Assembly (NCBI GenBank): GCA_016215705.1
Contig: JACRIR010000209.1
Span: 16,530 to 80,529, forward strand
Direction of reading: 5' to 3'
DNA: 64,000 nt
Source: Candidatus Poribacteria bacterium
GTDB lineage: Bacteria; Abyssobacteria; SURF-5
Shown here: in pieces, positions 9,699 through 18,621 of the stretch
Position numbering within the stretch: position 1 is the stretch's first letter
Layout: every line of letters starts with the position of its first letter
Notes under the pieces: generated by a model
What the model saw: only the letters and a program-made list of their open reading frames with translations
Told to the model about the DNA's origin: nothing
The model's database searches: none
Position numbers and translations under genes: made by a program

Positions 9699-10691
9699 TC
9701 ACTTCTCCTGCAGCGTCTCTTCTATTTTCATTCCGAAATGCCGGCCGCCTGCCTCGAGATGTACGAGCGTCTCCGTGCCCCTCTGCAGTGACGCTACAGA
9801 GACGGATTTGCCGCCGGGTTGGACGAGTCGAATGGTTTCGGCGTTTTGCAGGATTGTCGACACGCGCTTGTCGCCAACCTCCGCGACCACGAGCACGAGA
9901 GGGCGTCTCTCGATCTTGCAGCGGCCGACGCTGGCAATCTGGGTGCTGCCCTTGTGGTCGACCACCATAACCTCGTCTCCGGTTGCCAGCTCTGAGAGAT
10001 ACCGCGTCTTGCCGTCAGGATTGAGTATATAGGCGTGGACCGGCCCGGCGTTCACGCGGAACGGCCGAGCGGCCACGTAGGGATTCTCCTCGGATTCCGA
10101 TTGCACGAGAAAGAAGGCGTCGCTCGCGTTTCCGATAAGCATCCCCTGGCCAGGATTCATCTGGCTGCACGTGTCGATGCACACCCTGTCACCCATGCCA
10201 AGCAGCTTCGTCTCGACGACCGTCGCAGTTTCTATTCTAAGTGTAGGCATGATGCCGTGGATAATGTCGACAGTCTTGCCCACTTCGTTTGCGTCCTCGG
10301 TGAAAAGGACGACGCCGTCAACTCCCTTTTCCAGTATATTTACCGCAGTTCGGGCCGTCTTCGAGTCCTTGACTTCGACAAACAGGCCTCCACGCTGCGC
10401 GATAAGGTTTTCAAGCGGTATGATCGTCCAGTCCTTCATCCGCAAAATCAGAAGCTTGTCTTTAGGCGAACGGGCGGCCCGGACCTCGTCGTCCTTCCCG
10501 TTGACCTCGATGGACAAGACGTCTTTTCCGGGCTTTATATCGCCGTCCTCGGCTACCGTGGAAATCAGCCCGAGCTCTTTCACCCTGGCGGTGCATCCCC
10601 TCGGGACCACGACCGCGTCAGCCCCGCATTCGAGCGCGCGTATGACGATATCCTTGTTCCATGGGTCGGCGTTCACCCAGATTCTCTTCAT
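9699..10691 (-). CDS. 3-dehydroquinate synthase II (archaeal-type, AroB')
   Basis: 330 aa; resemblance to archaeal DHQ synthase II (PF01959-like) judged from memory of the family, no database search run. N-terminus MKRIWVNADPWNKD and C-terminal motifs of that family. Confidence 0.7.
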   Translation of the reverse strand: MKRIWVNADPWNKDIVIRALECGADAVVVPRGCTARVKELGLISTVAEDGDIKPGKDVLSIEVNGKDDEVRAARSPKDKLLILRMKDWTIIPLENLIAQRGGLFVEVKDSKTARTAVNILEKGVDGVVLFTEDANEVGKTVDIIHGIMPTLRIETATVVETKLLGMGDRVCIDTCSQMNPGQGMLIGNASDAFFLVQSESEENPYVAARPFRVNAGPVHAYILNPDGKTRYLSELATGDEVMVVDHKGSTQIASVGRCKIERRPLVLVVAEVGDKRVSTILQNAETIRLVQPGGKSVSVASLQRGTETLVHLEAGGRHFGMKIEETLQEK

Positions 10692-10727
10692 CGGCTACTT
10701 CTCCGGGAATTCCTTGCTCCTCTTTTC

Positions 10728-10768
10728 GTTATTCGGGGACACGATGTCGCATCGTGTCCCCGAATAAC
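10728..10768. repeat. REP-like 41-bp palindrome between the ADH synthase stop and the DHQS-II start
   Basis: gttattcggggacacgatg-tcg-catcgtgtccccgaataac. Confidence 0.85.
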
Positions 10769-10770
10769 AG

Positions 10771-11565
10771 TTACTTCTCCAGGACCAGCTTTGCCTGCTT
10801 GGCGGTTGCTCCGTCGTGCACGATCTTGCCGATCGCCTCGACAATCTTCTCCGGATTCCTGTGCTGGAAAGCGTTCCGGCCTATTGAAACACCGGCCGCG
10901 CCCGCTCTAAGCGCATTCTCGACCATGATGAAAAGCTGCGCATCAGTCTCGACCTTCTCGCCACCCGCTATGACGACTGGAACGGGGCAGCCCTTAACAA
11001 CCTCCTGGAACGACTCGACGCTGCCCGTATAATTGCACTTGACGATGTCCGCCCCAAGCTCTGCGCCTACCCGCGCCGCATGCTTCACATATTTCACATC
11101 GTATTCGCTTTCGATCTTCTTACCCCTCGTATACAGCATGGCAAGGAGCGGCATCCCCCACTGGAAACATGTCGTGGACACTTGCCCGAAGTATTCCAGC
11201 ATCTGTGTATCCTTCTCCGCCCCCAGGTTGATGTGGATGCTCACGGCGTCGGCGCCCAGCCTGACTGCTTCCTCCACCGTGCATACGGGAACCTTAGTGT
11301 TCGGGTCGGGGCTCATTGAAGTGCTGGCTGAGAGGTGAATGATGAGACCGACGTCTTTGCCACTGCCCCTGTGGCCGACTGCAACGATTCCTTTGTGAAT
11401 TATGATCGCGTTGGCGCCGCCTTCGACCACCTTATCTATGGTTGTCGGCATATCGACCAGGCCCGCAATTGGTCCCATCGTCGTCCCGTGGTCCATGGGC
11501 ACAATCACTGTCCGGTGCGAATTCCTGTCCAAAATCCTCTCGAGTCTTATCTTCTTGCCAATCAT
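10771..11565 (-). CDS. 2-amino-3,7-dideoxy-D-threo-hept-6-ulosonate (ADH) synthase, AroA' (class I aldolase, DhnA/LacD family)
   Basis: Best start at internal Met ([27 protein letters not shown]); the 412-aa ORF 10771-12009 is likely an artefactual N-extension; adjacent to DHQS-II. Confidence 0.65.
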   Translation of the reverse strand: MIGKKIRLERILDRNSHRTVIVPMDHGTTMGPIAGLVDMPTTIDKVVEGGANAIIIHKGIVAVGHRGSGKDVGLIIHLSASTSMSPDPNTKVPVCTVEEAVRLGADAVSIHINLGAEKDTQMLEYFGQVSTTCFQWGMPLLAMLYTRGKKIESEYDVKYVKHAARVGAELGADIVKCNYTGSVESFQEVVKGCPVPVVIAGGEKVETDAQLFIMVENALRAGAAGVSIGRNAFQHRNPEKIVEAIGKIVHDGATAKQAKLVLEK

Positions 11566-11709
11566 AGCGATTCCTTTCACAAAGATTTTATGATTATATA
11601 CGCTCTCAATAGTTCTCAAAAGCTCAATGAACGAACGATATTCTACTCCATACCTGTCCGAAAAAGCAAAGAAACTCCTCAAATTCGGCCAATTTGCTAT
11701 AATGTTTTC

Positions 11710-12672
11710 ATGCCCTATTCTCCTTACGGCTATTACCTTTGGGATTTCTGGCTCATCCACGAACCACCCGACTATCATCTCTTCCATCTGCAAGCGCCCC
11801 GCAACCTGCCGGATCCCGAGTTGCGTCACAACGCGGCCACAATCGGTCACGCGACCTCTTCCGATTTGCTCCACTGGACTGACAAAGGCGAAGTCATTGT
11901 TCCCGGCAAACCCGGCGAATGGGACGACCTGTCCGTATGGACCGGCAGCGTCATCAAGAGCGAGGGTCTCTATCATATGCTCTATACAGGTCGCTGTCAC
12001 GCGGATCAAGGGGCAATTCAGCGAATCGGCCTGGCCCGCTCAGGGGACCTTTTCAATTGGGAGAAACATCAAGGCAACCCCATCATGGAGGCGGACACGA
12101 AGCATTACGAGAAGTTTGGCTCGTGCGGCTACTACTGGGAATCGTGGCGCGATCCATACCTGCTCCATGACCCGGTCGGCCACTGCCATTACGCATTCAT
12201 TACCGCGCGCACAAATCAGGGCGAGCTTGATGAGAGAGGCTGCATCGCTGCAGCCAAATCGACAGACTTGTTTCATTGGGAAATCCTCCCACCGCTTTTC
12301 AGTCCCGGAAAGTTCACTGAGATGGAGGTCCCGCAAATTCTCGAATACGGAGGGAGAAATTATCTGCTCTTTTCAACTAACCCGTTCTGGTATGCGGCCA
12401 GCTATCTGAAGCGGACAGACCTCGTTCCGTGGGAGGGAGATCATTATGCTGTAGCTGATTCTTTTCTCGCTGAATATCGCATGGTCGGCGACGGCGTCCT
12501 CTCGCGCTCAAACGAACACGCATACGCCTCGAAGATCGTCATCGCTCCTTCAGGCGCGCTTGTCCTTTTGTCATGGCTTTCGAGATTGTCCGGCAGCGAC
12601 GAGTTCGCAGGAGCGCTTTCGCGTCCGAAACCCATCCGCTTCAGTGCCGACGGAACGCCGCACATCGATTAA
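11710..12672 (+). CDS. GH32/GH68-like (clan GH-J) five-bladed beta-propeller glycoside-hydrolase-family protein
   Basis: Start moved to Met at 11710; N-terminus MPYSPYGYYLWDFWLIHEP resembles the WDSWP/WMNDPNG nucleophile region. Confidence 0.5.
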   Translation: MPYSPYGYYLWDFWLIHEPPDYHLFHLQAPRNLPDPELRHNAATIGHATSSDLLHWTDKGEVIVPGKPGEWDDLSVWTGSVIKSEGLYHMLYTGRCHADQGAIQRIGLARSGDLFNWEKHQGNPIMEADTKHYEKFGSCGYYWESWRDPYLLHDPVGHCHYAFITARTNQGELDERGCIAAAKSTDLFHWEILPPLFSPGKFTEMEVPQILEYGGRNYLLFSTNPFWYAASYLKRTDLVPWEGDHYAVADSFLAEYRMVGDGVLSRSNEHAYASKIVIAPSGALVLLSWLSRLSGSDEFAGALSRPKPIRFSADGTPHID

Positions 12673-12776
12673 TCGAAAGGCGATAGGTGCAAGGCGAAAG
12701 GGTACGAGTCCAAAGAGAAAAGGGCGAAAGGGGAAAGAGCGAAAGGGAAACAAACAAGGTTCTCTCTTTCACCTCT

Positions 12777-15395
12777 TCAAACAGGCAGTATGATCTCCAC
12801 CGTGGTTCCTTCGTTGATCTTGCTTCTTATGTTCATGCTTCCATTATGCGCTTCCACGATCTTCTTGCAGATAGAAAGGCCCAGTCCTGTGCCCTTTGTC
12901 TTGGTCGTGAAGAAGGGCTGTTGGGCGTGCTCCAGATTCTCTTCACTTATTCCGCAGCCGCTGTCGGTGATAGAAACACTCAAGGTTCGCGTACCGGCGC
13001 ATTCCTTGAAACCTGAACGTATCCAGATGTCGCCCCCTTGGCTCATCGCTTCTGTCGCATTAGAAAGGAGGTTTGCCAGAACCTGGACAATCTTTCCGGC
13101 GTCGACAACTATCTCCGCTCCTTCCTGATCCAGTTCGAGATGAACGGCAAAGCCTTGAATCTTACTGGTCACCGTAGTCAAAGCCTGTTTCACAATGTCA
13201 CGGAGCGGCCAACGCAAACGTTCAAGCGCAACCGGCCTTGAATGTTCCAACAAATCCTCGATGATACGGTTCAGCGAGGTAATACCATAATCAATTTCGT
13301 TCAAAATCTCCTGCCTGCTTTTGTTCTCATTCAGTTCTTTCCGGATAGTGTCAACTCCCATGCGAATATTCTGCAGGGGATTCCTGATTTCGTGAGCCAC
13401 GACTGACACCATTCGGCCAATCGATGCAAGGCTTTCGGCTTGCTGGAGCTCCGCCACTTTTTTGCGGACTGTCGCATCGAGACTCTCCGAAAGGAGTCGG
13501 TAGCGTTCTTCAGACCCGCTCAATGCTCTCAGATACAGGCTGTTTCGCATGGCAATAGCGGCATGGTCGGCAAAAGCCGCTGCCAGCCGGGCGTCGTCAA
13601 CGGTGAACCCCCCGGGCTTGTTCGCAAGCCCTATGATACCGACGGTGTTTCCGTCCAGAAGAAGCGGGGCGAAAAGAACGTTTTCCAGCTTTGCGTGGCC
13701 GGGTGGCAGAAATGTTGTCCATGTGGACTCTGGGAAATTGTTTTCATACACGGTTTTCCCCGAGCTATATGCTTGGCCGCGCAATCCTCGGATCGGCATC
13801 GGGGCGGAAGGGTCAACATTGCATGGCATTCCTCCTGCCTCCAGGAACACAACCTCGTTTTGCGTTCCATCCTCGCTCAGGAGGCCAATATATCCGCCGG
13901 TTGCTCCAACCAGGCTCCTGCAGGACTCGAATATCGCCCTTGCGGCTTTCTCAAAATCCTGGTGTTCGAGGATAGAGTGAGAACTTCGGAGTAACGCCGA
14001 AGCCTCTTCGCTGTGTTTGCGCGATTCCTCAAGGGCTTTTCGAATTGTCTCTTCTGCCAAGTTGCGGTCGGTCGTATCGCGGACGACAGCGAGACCCCCC
14101 ACGATTTCACCCAACACATTGAAGAGCGGAGAATAATGCGCTGCAAAGAATCCTTGCCGACCTGTCTCCGGCACGAGGTACGGCCTGTCAGATGTAAGGT
14201 TCGTCTCGCCTGCAAGCGTTTTGGCGAAGTATTTGTCTTCCTCTGTCTCCTTCAAGAACGGGAAGACATCGAAAGCGCATCTGCCGAGGGCCTTTTCCTT
14301 GCTGACTCCGCTGATACGTTCCATTCCGGGATTCCATACGGTGTATCGGAATTCACGGTCAAAGGCGAGGATGCCGTCAACGCTGCTGTTGATCAGATGT
14401 TCGGAGAATTCCTTTTCGGCTCGCAGTTGCTCTTGAGCCTTCTTGCGTTCGGTAATGTCATCAATGGCGAGGAGAATCGTGCCGGCGCCTACGCTTTTTC
14501 GATAAATCTGGCGGCCATTAAGTACCATCACTCTGCGACCGATGCCCGTGAATGTGTTTTCTACCTCGAAGTCTTCGAAATGAGTTCTGTTTGACAAGAT
14601 ATCTTTCAACAATTCCTGCAGTTTGGGAATGTTCCACTGACCGCTTCCAAGATCGGAGACAAGCCTATTAATTGTTTCTTCTTCTGAAACCCTGAATGTC
14701 TTATAGAAAGCCCGATTAGCCGAAACGACTCGCAGGTCAGCATTAAGAACAAGGAGAGGTTCTCGCACAGTTTCTACAATGCTCTCGGCGTAGGCTCGTG
14801 CCTGCTTCGCTTCATCTTCCGCCTTCTTGCGCTTGCTGATATCTCGAATCAGCCATCGCACGCCCGTCAATACGCCCTGTTGGTCTCCAATAGCGGTTGC
14901 GGTTATTGCAGCATAGAAGACAGCCCCTCTTCTCGGCTGCATGCGCACTTCCCAATTCTCCACTCGATCAACCTGCGCGTGCCGGGAAAGACGAGCGAGA
15001 AAAGATTTTCGCTCCCCTTTGGCCAGAAAGAGAACCAACGGTTTGCCGATAAGAAATTTCTGCGTGACGTTCAGCAAGGCCGAGGCGCCACGATTGGCCT
15101 CTAGGATGATGTGGGCGGCATTGGTTACTAAGTAGCCGTCCGGAGCAAACTCGAACAACTCCTGATAGCGATGCCGTTCTGCCTCGGCGGTCTGGCGGGC
15201 AGCGGCAAGTTCCTCATTTTGCTGGCGAAGTTCCTCGTCCGCGACCTCTAATTCTTCCAGAGTGTTCATCAATTCTTCGATGACTTCCGGCAAGACATCG
15301 TCCCTTCGAATCTCCGCGCCAGTGCTGCGACTACTCAGTTCCGTGACCCGTCGTCGCAACTCTCCTATCTTGCGATCAAATTCGGAATATTCCAT
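12777..15395 (-). CDS. Multi-PAS/GAF sensor histidine kinase (no receiver domain) with N-terminal EEL-rich coiled coil
   Basis: 872 aa; N-terminus ELMNTLEELEVADEELRQQNEELAAAR; PAS x3, GAF, HisKA (VAHEIRNPL), HATPase_c. Confidence 0.85.
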   Translation of the reverse strand: MEYSEFDRKIGELRRRVTELSSRSTGAEIRRDDVLPEVIEELMNTLEELEVADEELRQQNEELAAARQTAEAERHRYQELFEFAPDGYLVTNAAHIILEANRGASALLNVTQKFLIGKPLVLFLAKGERKSFLARLSRHAQVDRVENWEVRMQPRRGAVFYAAITATAIGDQQGVLTGVRWLIRDISKRKKAEDEAKQARAYAESIVETVREPLLVLNADLRVVSANRAFYKTFRVSEEETINRLVSDLGSGQWNIPKLQELLKDILSNRTHFEDFEVENTFTGIGRRVMVLNGRQIYRKSVGAGTILLAIDDITERKKAQEQLRAEKEFSEHLINSSVDGILAFDREFRYTVWNPGMERISGVSKEKALGRCAFDVFPFLKETEEDKYFAKTLAGETNLTSDRPYLVPETGRQGFFAAHYSPLFNVLGEIVGGLAVVRDTTDRNLAEETIRKALEESRKHSEEASALLRSSHSILEHQDFEKAARAIFESCRSLVGATGGYIGLLSEDGTQNEVVFLEAGGMPCNVDPSAPMPIRGLRGQAYSSGKTVYENNFPESTWTTFLPPGHAKLENVLFAPLLLDGNTVGIIGLANKPGGFTVDDARLAAAFADHAAIAMRNSLYLRALSGSEERYRLLSESLDATVRKKVAELQQAESLASIGRMVSVVAHEIRNPLQNIRMGVDTIRKELNENKSRQEILNEIDYGITSLNRIIEDLLEHSRPVALERLRWPLRDIVKQALTTVTSKIQGFAVHLELDQEGAEIVVDAGKIVQVLANLLSNATEAMSQGGDIWIRSGFKECAGTRTLSVSITDSGCGISEENLEHAQQPFFTTKTKGTGLGLSICKKIVEAHNGSMNIRSKINEGTTVEIILPV

Positions 15396-15452
15396 GTCTA
15401 CAACCTAACCGGTATTGGATGCTCCATTCATTTGCCGACAAGAGAAAGAGAA

Positions 15453-15474
15453 CAACTCAACTCAACTCAACTCA
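15453..15474. repeat. Pentamer SSR (CAACT)x4 upstream of the histidine-kinase gene
   Basis: caactcaactcaactcaactc. Confidence 0.8.
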
Positions 15475-15609
15475 GGCTGGTGTAACATTAATATAACAAT
15501 ATTGAGTCTTGCATCATCCTTGTCCGGAAGCAAGTAAGACGTTACTCGCCATGGTGAGCCCTTTTCCCTCCAATCCTTCAGTCCCTTTTGGCCTCCGCCT
15601 CTTTTAACC

Positions 15610-15636
15610 GGAACCATGAACTCGGAACCATGAACC
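15610..15636. repeat. Two tandem 'GGAACCATGAAC' units (same GTTCATGG motif as the heptamer array at 60437-60503)
   Basis: ggaaccatgaactcggaaccatgaacc. Confidence 0.7.
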
Positions 15637-15640
15637 CTCC

Positions 15641-17509
15641 TTAATGTGTCTCCCCCTCCTCCATCAATATGATGACGCCTTCGATTTCCTTCGTGGCGCC
15701 GATCAAAGGCGAGCTGGTCACATGGCATTGTATCGCCTTGCCACGACGGCTTATGGCGTCCACGGTCGCTTCGTGAATGTCGGTTTCTCCGGCAAGCACT
15801 GCGCGAATGAGTCCTTTCAGTTGCTCGACCGGCAGCCCGATATCCAGATTCAGGAGGAACTGGTCCTTCACCTCATCGGCCCGCAGTCCCCACAAGTCTT
15901 CCGCCTTCTTGTTCCAATTGGTGACTTTGAGGTTTCGGTCCACGACAACTACTCCCATGCGTACCCCGCCAATAATGGATTCGAGGAAAGCGTTCATCTG
16001 ATTCAGCATATCGGTGCGCTCGCGCAGCTCGTCATTGATCGTGTTCAGTTCCTCGTTGGTGGCTTGCAGTTCCTCGTTCATGGTTTCCATTTCCTCGCTG
16101 GAGGACTGGAGTTCCTCATTTGTGGTCTCGAGTTCTTCGACGGTAGACTGCAATTCCTCGTTTGTAGTCTCGAGTTCCTCGCTCGAGGATTGGAGTTCCT
16201 CATAGGCGCTCTCAAGTTCGTTCGTGGACTGTTCGCACTCGCGCTCCAACTGATTATAACGAGTTACGTCGGTGAATGTCATGCTCACGCCAAGGGAGAT
16301 TCCGCTGCTGTCAAACAGAGGCACTAGATAGATATCCAAATACTGAGGTTCCCTTTCGGGGAAAGTTCGTTCCACGTTTGTGATGTAGACCGATCTCATC
16401 TCCGAATAAGCCTGTTTGATACGCGAACGGAGTTCCAACGGCCGATACGAAACTTCCAGTTCGTGAAAGGGTCGGCCCACATCCCTGATGTCCAGTCCGA
16501 ACAGAGACAATGCTTCGGCATTCGCCATCGTCAGGTTCTCATTTTGGTCCACGACCATCTGCGCCGATGGAGCTCTCTCGAAGACAGCTTCCTGCAGTTG
16601 GGGGTACGGAGCCTGAAGCTCACGCGCCGCGGCGCAGCCGGCTTCGACCACGACTGGCGCGCGTCCTTGCAGACGGATAGCGCCGGGTGTCTTCTTGAAA
16701 ATGCGGTATTTCAGGTTTGTCGGCACAAAGAGATTCGTGTGCGTGAGTATCATTTCCGCCTTACCCAGAAAGAGGAACCCGTCGTCATTGAGGGCGAAGT
16801 GCAGGCGGCTTAGTATCTTATTCTGAGTCTCGGAGTTGAAATACATAAGGGTATTGCGGCAAACGAGCAGGTCGATGCGCGAGATAGGAGAGTCCTTCAT
16901 AACGTCATGAGCCCCGAAAATAGCAGAACGGCGAAATTCAGGCGAGAAGGCGTGACGGTCTTGTGCTCGGGTGAAGTATTTGTCTTTGAATTCGGCGGGG
17001 AACCCCTCCATTTGCGCGTCGCTGTAAAGCGCATGGCGCGCTTCATTCAAGGCGTTTTCGTCTATATCCGTGGCATATATCTTAACTCGTTTCTTGAACT
17101 GCTCCGCCCCCAAAGCTTCCGCAAACACGATGGCAAGGCTGTAAGCTTCCTCGCCCGAGGCGCAGCCCACACTCCACACTCGGATGGGCTCCCCTTCCGG
17201 TTTTCCCTCGATTATCTGCGGGACAACTTCATGCGCAATGTATTCCCATGCGGGCGCATCCCGGAAAAAACTGGTCACGTTTATCAGAATCGTATTGAAC
17301 AGATGGGCGAACTCGTCGGGGTGTACCTCGAGGTAATCCATGTAATCGCCGTAGTCTTGTTTGTTCACCGTCTGCATTCTCTTGTTGACACGGCGCATCA
17401 GGCTCGTTCGCTTGTAACCGGTGAAGTCGAACCCGCGCTCCCTTTTTATGAATTCAAGGAGAGCTTCAAATTTGGGGTCGTGCGCAGGGTCCTTCTTCTG
17501 GTCGGTCAT
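15641..17509 (-). CDS. CheR-type MCP methyltransferase fused to a PAS domain and a long EELQxxNEEL heptad-repeat coiled coil
   Basis: 622 aa; CheR SAM-binding region VWSVGCASGEEAYSLAIV; tandem repeats ELESAYEELQSSSEELETTNEELQSTVEELETTNEELQSSSEEMETMNEELQATNEEL; C-terminal PAS. Confidence 0.85.
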   Translation of the reverse strand: MTDQKKDPAHDPKFEALLEFIKRERGFDFTGYKRTSLMRRVNKRMQTVNKQDYGDYMDYLEVHPDEFAHLFNTILINVTSFFRDAPAWEYIAHEVVPQIIEGKPEGEPIRVWSVGCASGEEAYSLAIVFAEALGAEQFKKRVKIYATDIDENALNEARHALYSDAQMEGFPAEFKDKYFTRAQDRHAFSPEFRRSAIFGAHDVMKDSPISRIDLLVCRNTLMYFNSETQNKILSRLHFALNDDGFLFLGKAEMILTHTNLFVPTNLKYRIFKKTPGAIRLQGRAPVVVEAGCAAARELQAPYPQLQEAVFERAPSAQMVVDQNENLTMANAEALSLFGLDIRDVGRPFHELEVSYRPLELRSRIKQAYSEMRSVYITNVERTFPEREPQYLDIYLVPLFDSSGISLGVSMTFTDVTRYNQLERECEQSTNELESAYEELQSSSEELETTNEELQSTVEELETTNEELQSSSEEMETMNEELQATNEELNTINDELRERTDMLNQMNAFLESIIGGVRMGVVVVDRNLKVTNWNKKAEDLWGLRADEVKDQFLLNLDIGLPVEQLKGLIRAVLAGETDIHEATVDAISRRGKAIQCHVTSSPLIGATKEIEGVIILMEEGETH

Positions 17510-18138
17510 GTGGCGTCACCTCTCATCACGAGAGTCACAATGGCTGACGAAATTTCGGGCAGTGGCAATACGAAGTCCACGTCTCCCGTCTGAATGGCTG
17601 CGGCCGGCATGCCGAAAAATTCCGAGGTTTCCTCATCCTGCGCAATCACGGTTCCCCCCATCTTCTTTATAGCACGCACGCCCATCGAGCCGTCACTGCC
17701 TGTGCCTGTTAAGACTATGGCGATCGCACGCTCCTTGTGACTGGCGGCTACCGATTCGAATAGCAGGTCGGCCGAAGGCCGAACGAAATGGACCAACTCC
17801 GACTCGGTGAGTGAGAGGGAACCATCGGTGTTCACGAGGAGATGCCGGTTTGGGGGCGCAATATAGACGGTGCCGGCCGTCAATACATCGTCTTTCTCCG
17901 CCTGTTTGACTCGCAAAGGCGTGTGCCGGGATAATATGTCGGCCATCAGGCTGCGGTGTCTCGGATCAAGGTGTTGGACCACAACAATAGCGGCCGCAAA
18001 ATCCATGGGCAACCCGCGTAGAACATCCTCGAGCGCCCTCAGCCCCCCCGCTGATGCAGCTATGGCCACGATGTCAAAACCTGCGCCCGAGAAAAAAGAT
18101 ACCTTCTCTGCTTTGCCTGTTTTCTCACGCTTCATCAT
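17506..18138 (-). CDS. CheB-type methylesterase (catalytic domain only, no REC domain)
   Basis: 210 aa; IVAIAASAGGLRALEDVL and VVVQHLDP methylesterase motifs; 4-bp ATGA overlap with the cheR-like gene. Confidence 0.85.
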   Translation of the reverse strand: MMKREKTGKAEKVSFFSGAGFDIVAIAASAGGLRALEDVLRGLPMDFAAAIVVVQHLDPRHRSLMADILSRHTPLRVKQAEKDDVLTAGTVYIAPPNRHLLVNTDGSLSLTESELVHFVRPSADLLFESVAASHKERAIAIVLTGTGSDGSMGVRAIKKMGGTVIAQDEETSEFFGMPAAAIQTGDVDFVLPLPEISSAIVTLVMRGDAT

Positions 18139-18283
18139 TTATGCGCCTTGAGAGCCTCTAATTCAGATCAGCCGGACGGCACCGCGCGGAGAATTGGAAA
18201 CTGTAGCGACTACCCTCACCTCACTTTTTGTTATTCTATCACAGATCTTGTCAAGAATAAACTGTCCGGGACTGTTCGCCAAT

Positions 18284-18312
18284 TTGCAAACGGTGTCGAA
18301 CGGTGCTAAAAT
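18284..18312 (+). promoter_or_regulatory. Sigma70-like promoter TTGCAA-N17-TAAAAT upstream of the tat operon leader
   Basis: Hexamers and spacing read from the sequence. Confidence 0.45.
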
Positions 18313-18337
18313 GGAAATGTTGGAACGTTGTGAAAGG

Positions 18338-18367
18338 CGCCTGACGCCGAACGTGTCAGGCGTTTTT
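18338..18367 (+). terminator. Terminator-like hairpin (8-bp stem cgcctgac/gtcaggcg, 9-nt loop) followed by T5, inside the tatA 5' leader
   Basis: Lies ~25 nt after the predicted TSS and ~50 nt before the tatA TTG start; candidate attenuator or small RNA. Confidence 0.4.
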
Positions 18368-18417
18368 CACCAAAAAGGGTGCAAGAAATGAAATCTGAGA
18401 GTAGGGAGGTGAGTTGA

Positions 18418-18621
18418 TTGCTCGGCAATATCGGCCCGACAGAACTGATTCTCATACTGCTTATCGTCATGCTTATTTTTGGGACAAGCAGAATCACCGG
18501 CATCGGTAAATCGCTCGGTACTGCGATACGCGATTTCAGAGATAGCATGAAGGGCGAGCCTCCGCAAAAAGAAAAGTCGCCGGAACAGAGCCCCAAGGAA
18601 ACTGGCAAGTCTAATGAATGA
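18418..18621 (+). CDS. tatA: Sec-independent translocase TatA/E
   Basis: 67 aa; TELILILLIVMLIFGTSRI TM helix plus amphipathic helix; SD AGGGAGG at 18399-18405; TTG start. Confidence 0.85.
   Translation: MLGNIGPTELILILLIVMLIFGTSRITGIGKSLGTAIRDFRDSMKGEPPQKEKSPEQSPKETGKSNE

Noticed and set aside
10035-10910. 291-aa and 198-aa plus-strand ORFs antisense to DHQ synthase II
   Set aside because: Shadow ORFs inside a high-GC gene with a convincing protein on the minus strand; low-complexity Arg/Pro/Ser-rich translations.
11335-11709. GTG-started 445-aa version of the GH-like ORF
   Set aside because: The first 125 codons overlap the ADH synthase gene antisense and lack family similarity. Met at 11710 precedes the conserved N-terminal motif.
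11566-12009. N-terminal 148-aa extension of the ADH synthase ORF (412-aa version)
   Set aside because: The extension has no aldolase homology and overlaps the GH-like gene on the other strand. The conserved family N-terminus begins at the internal Met at 11565.
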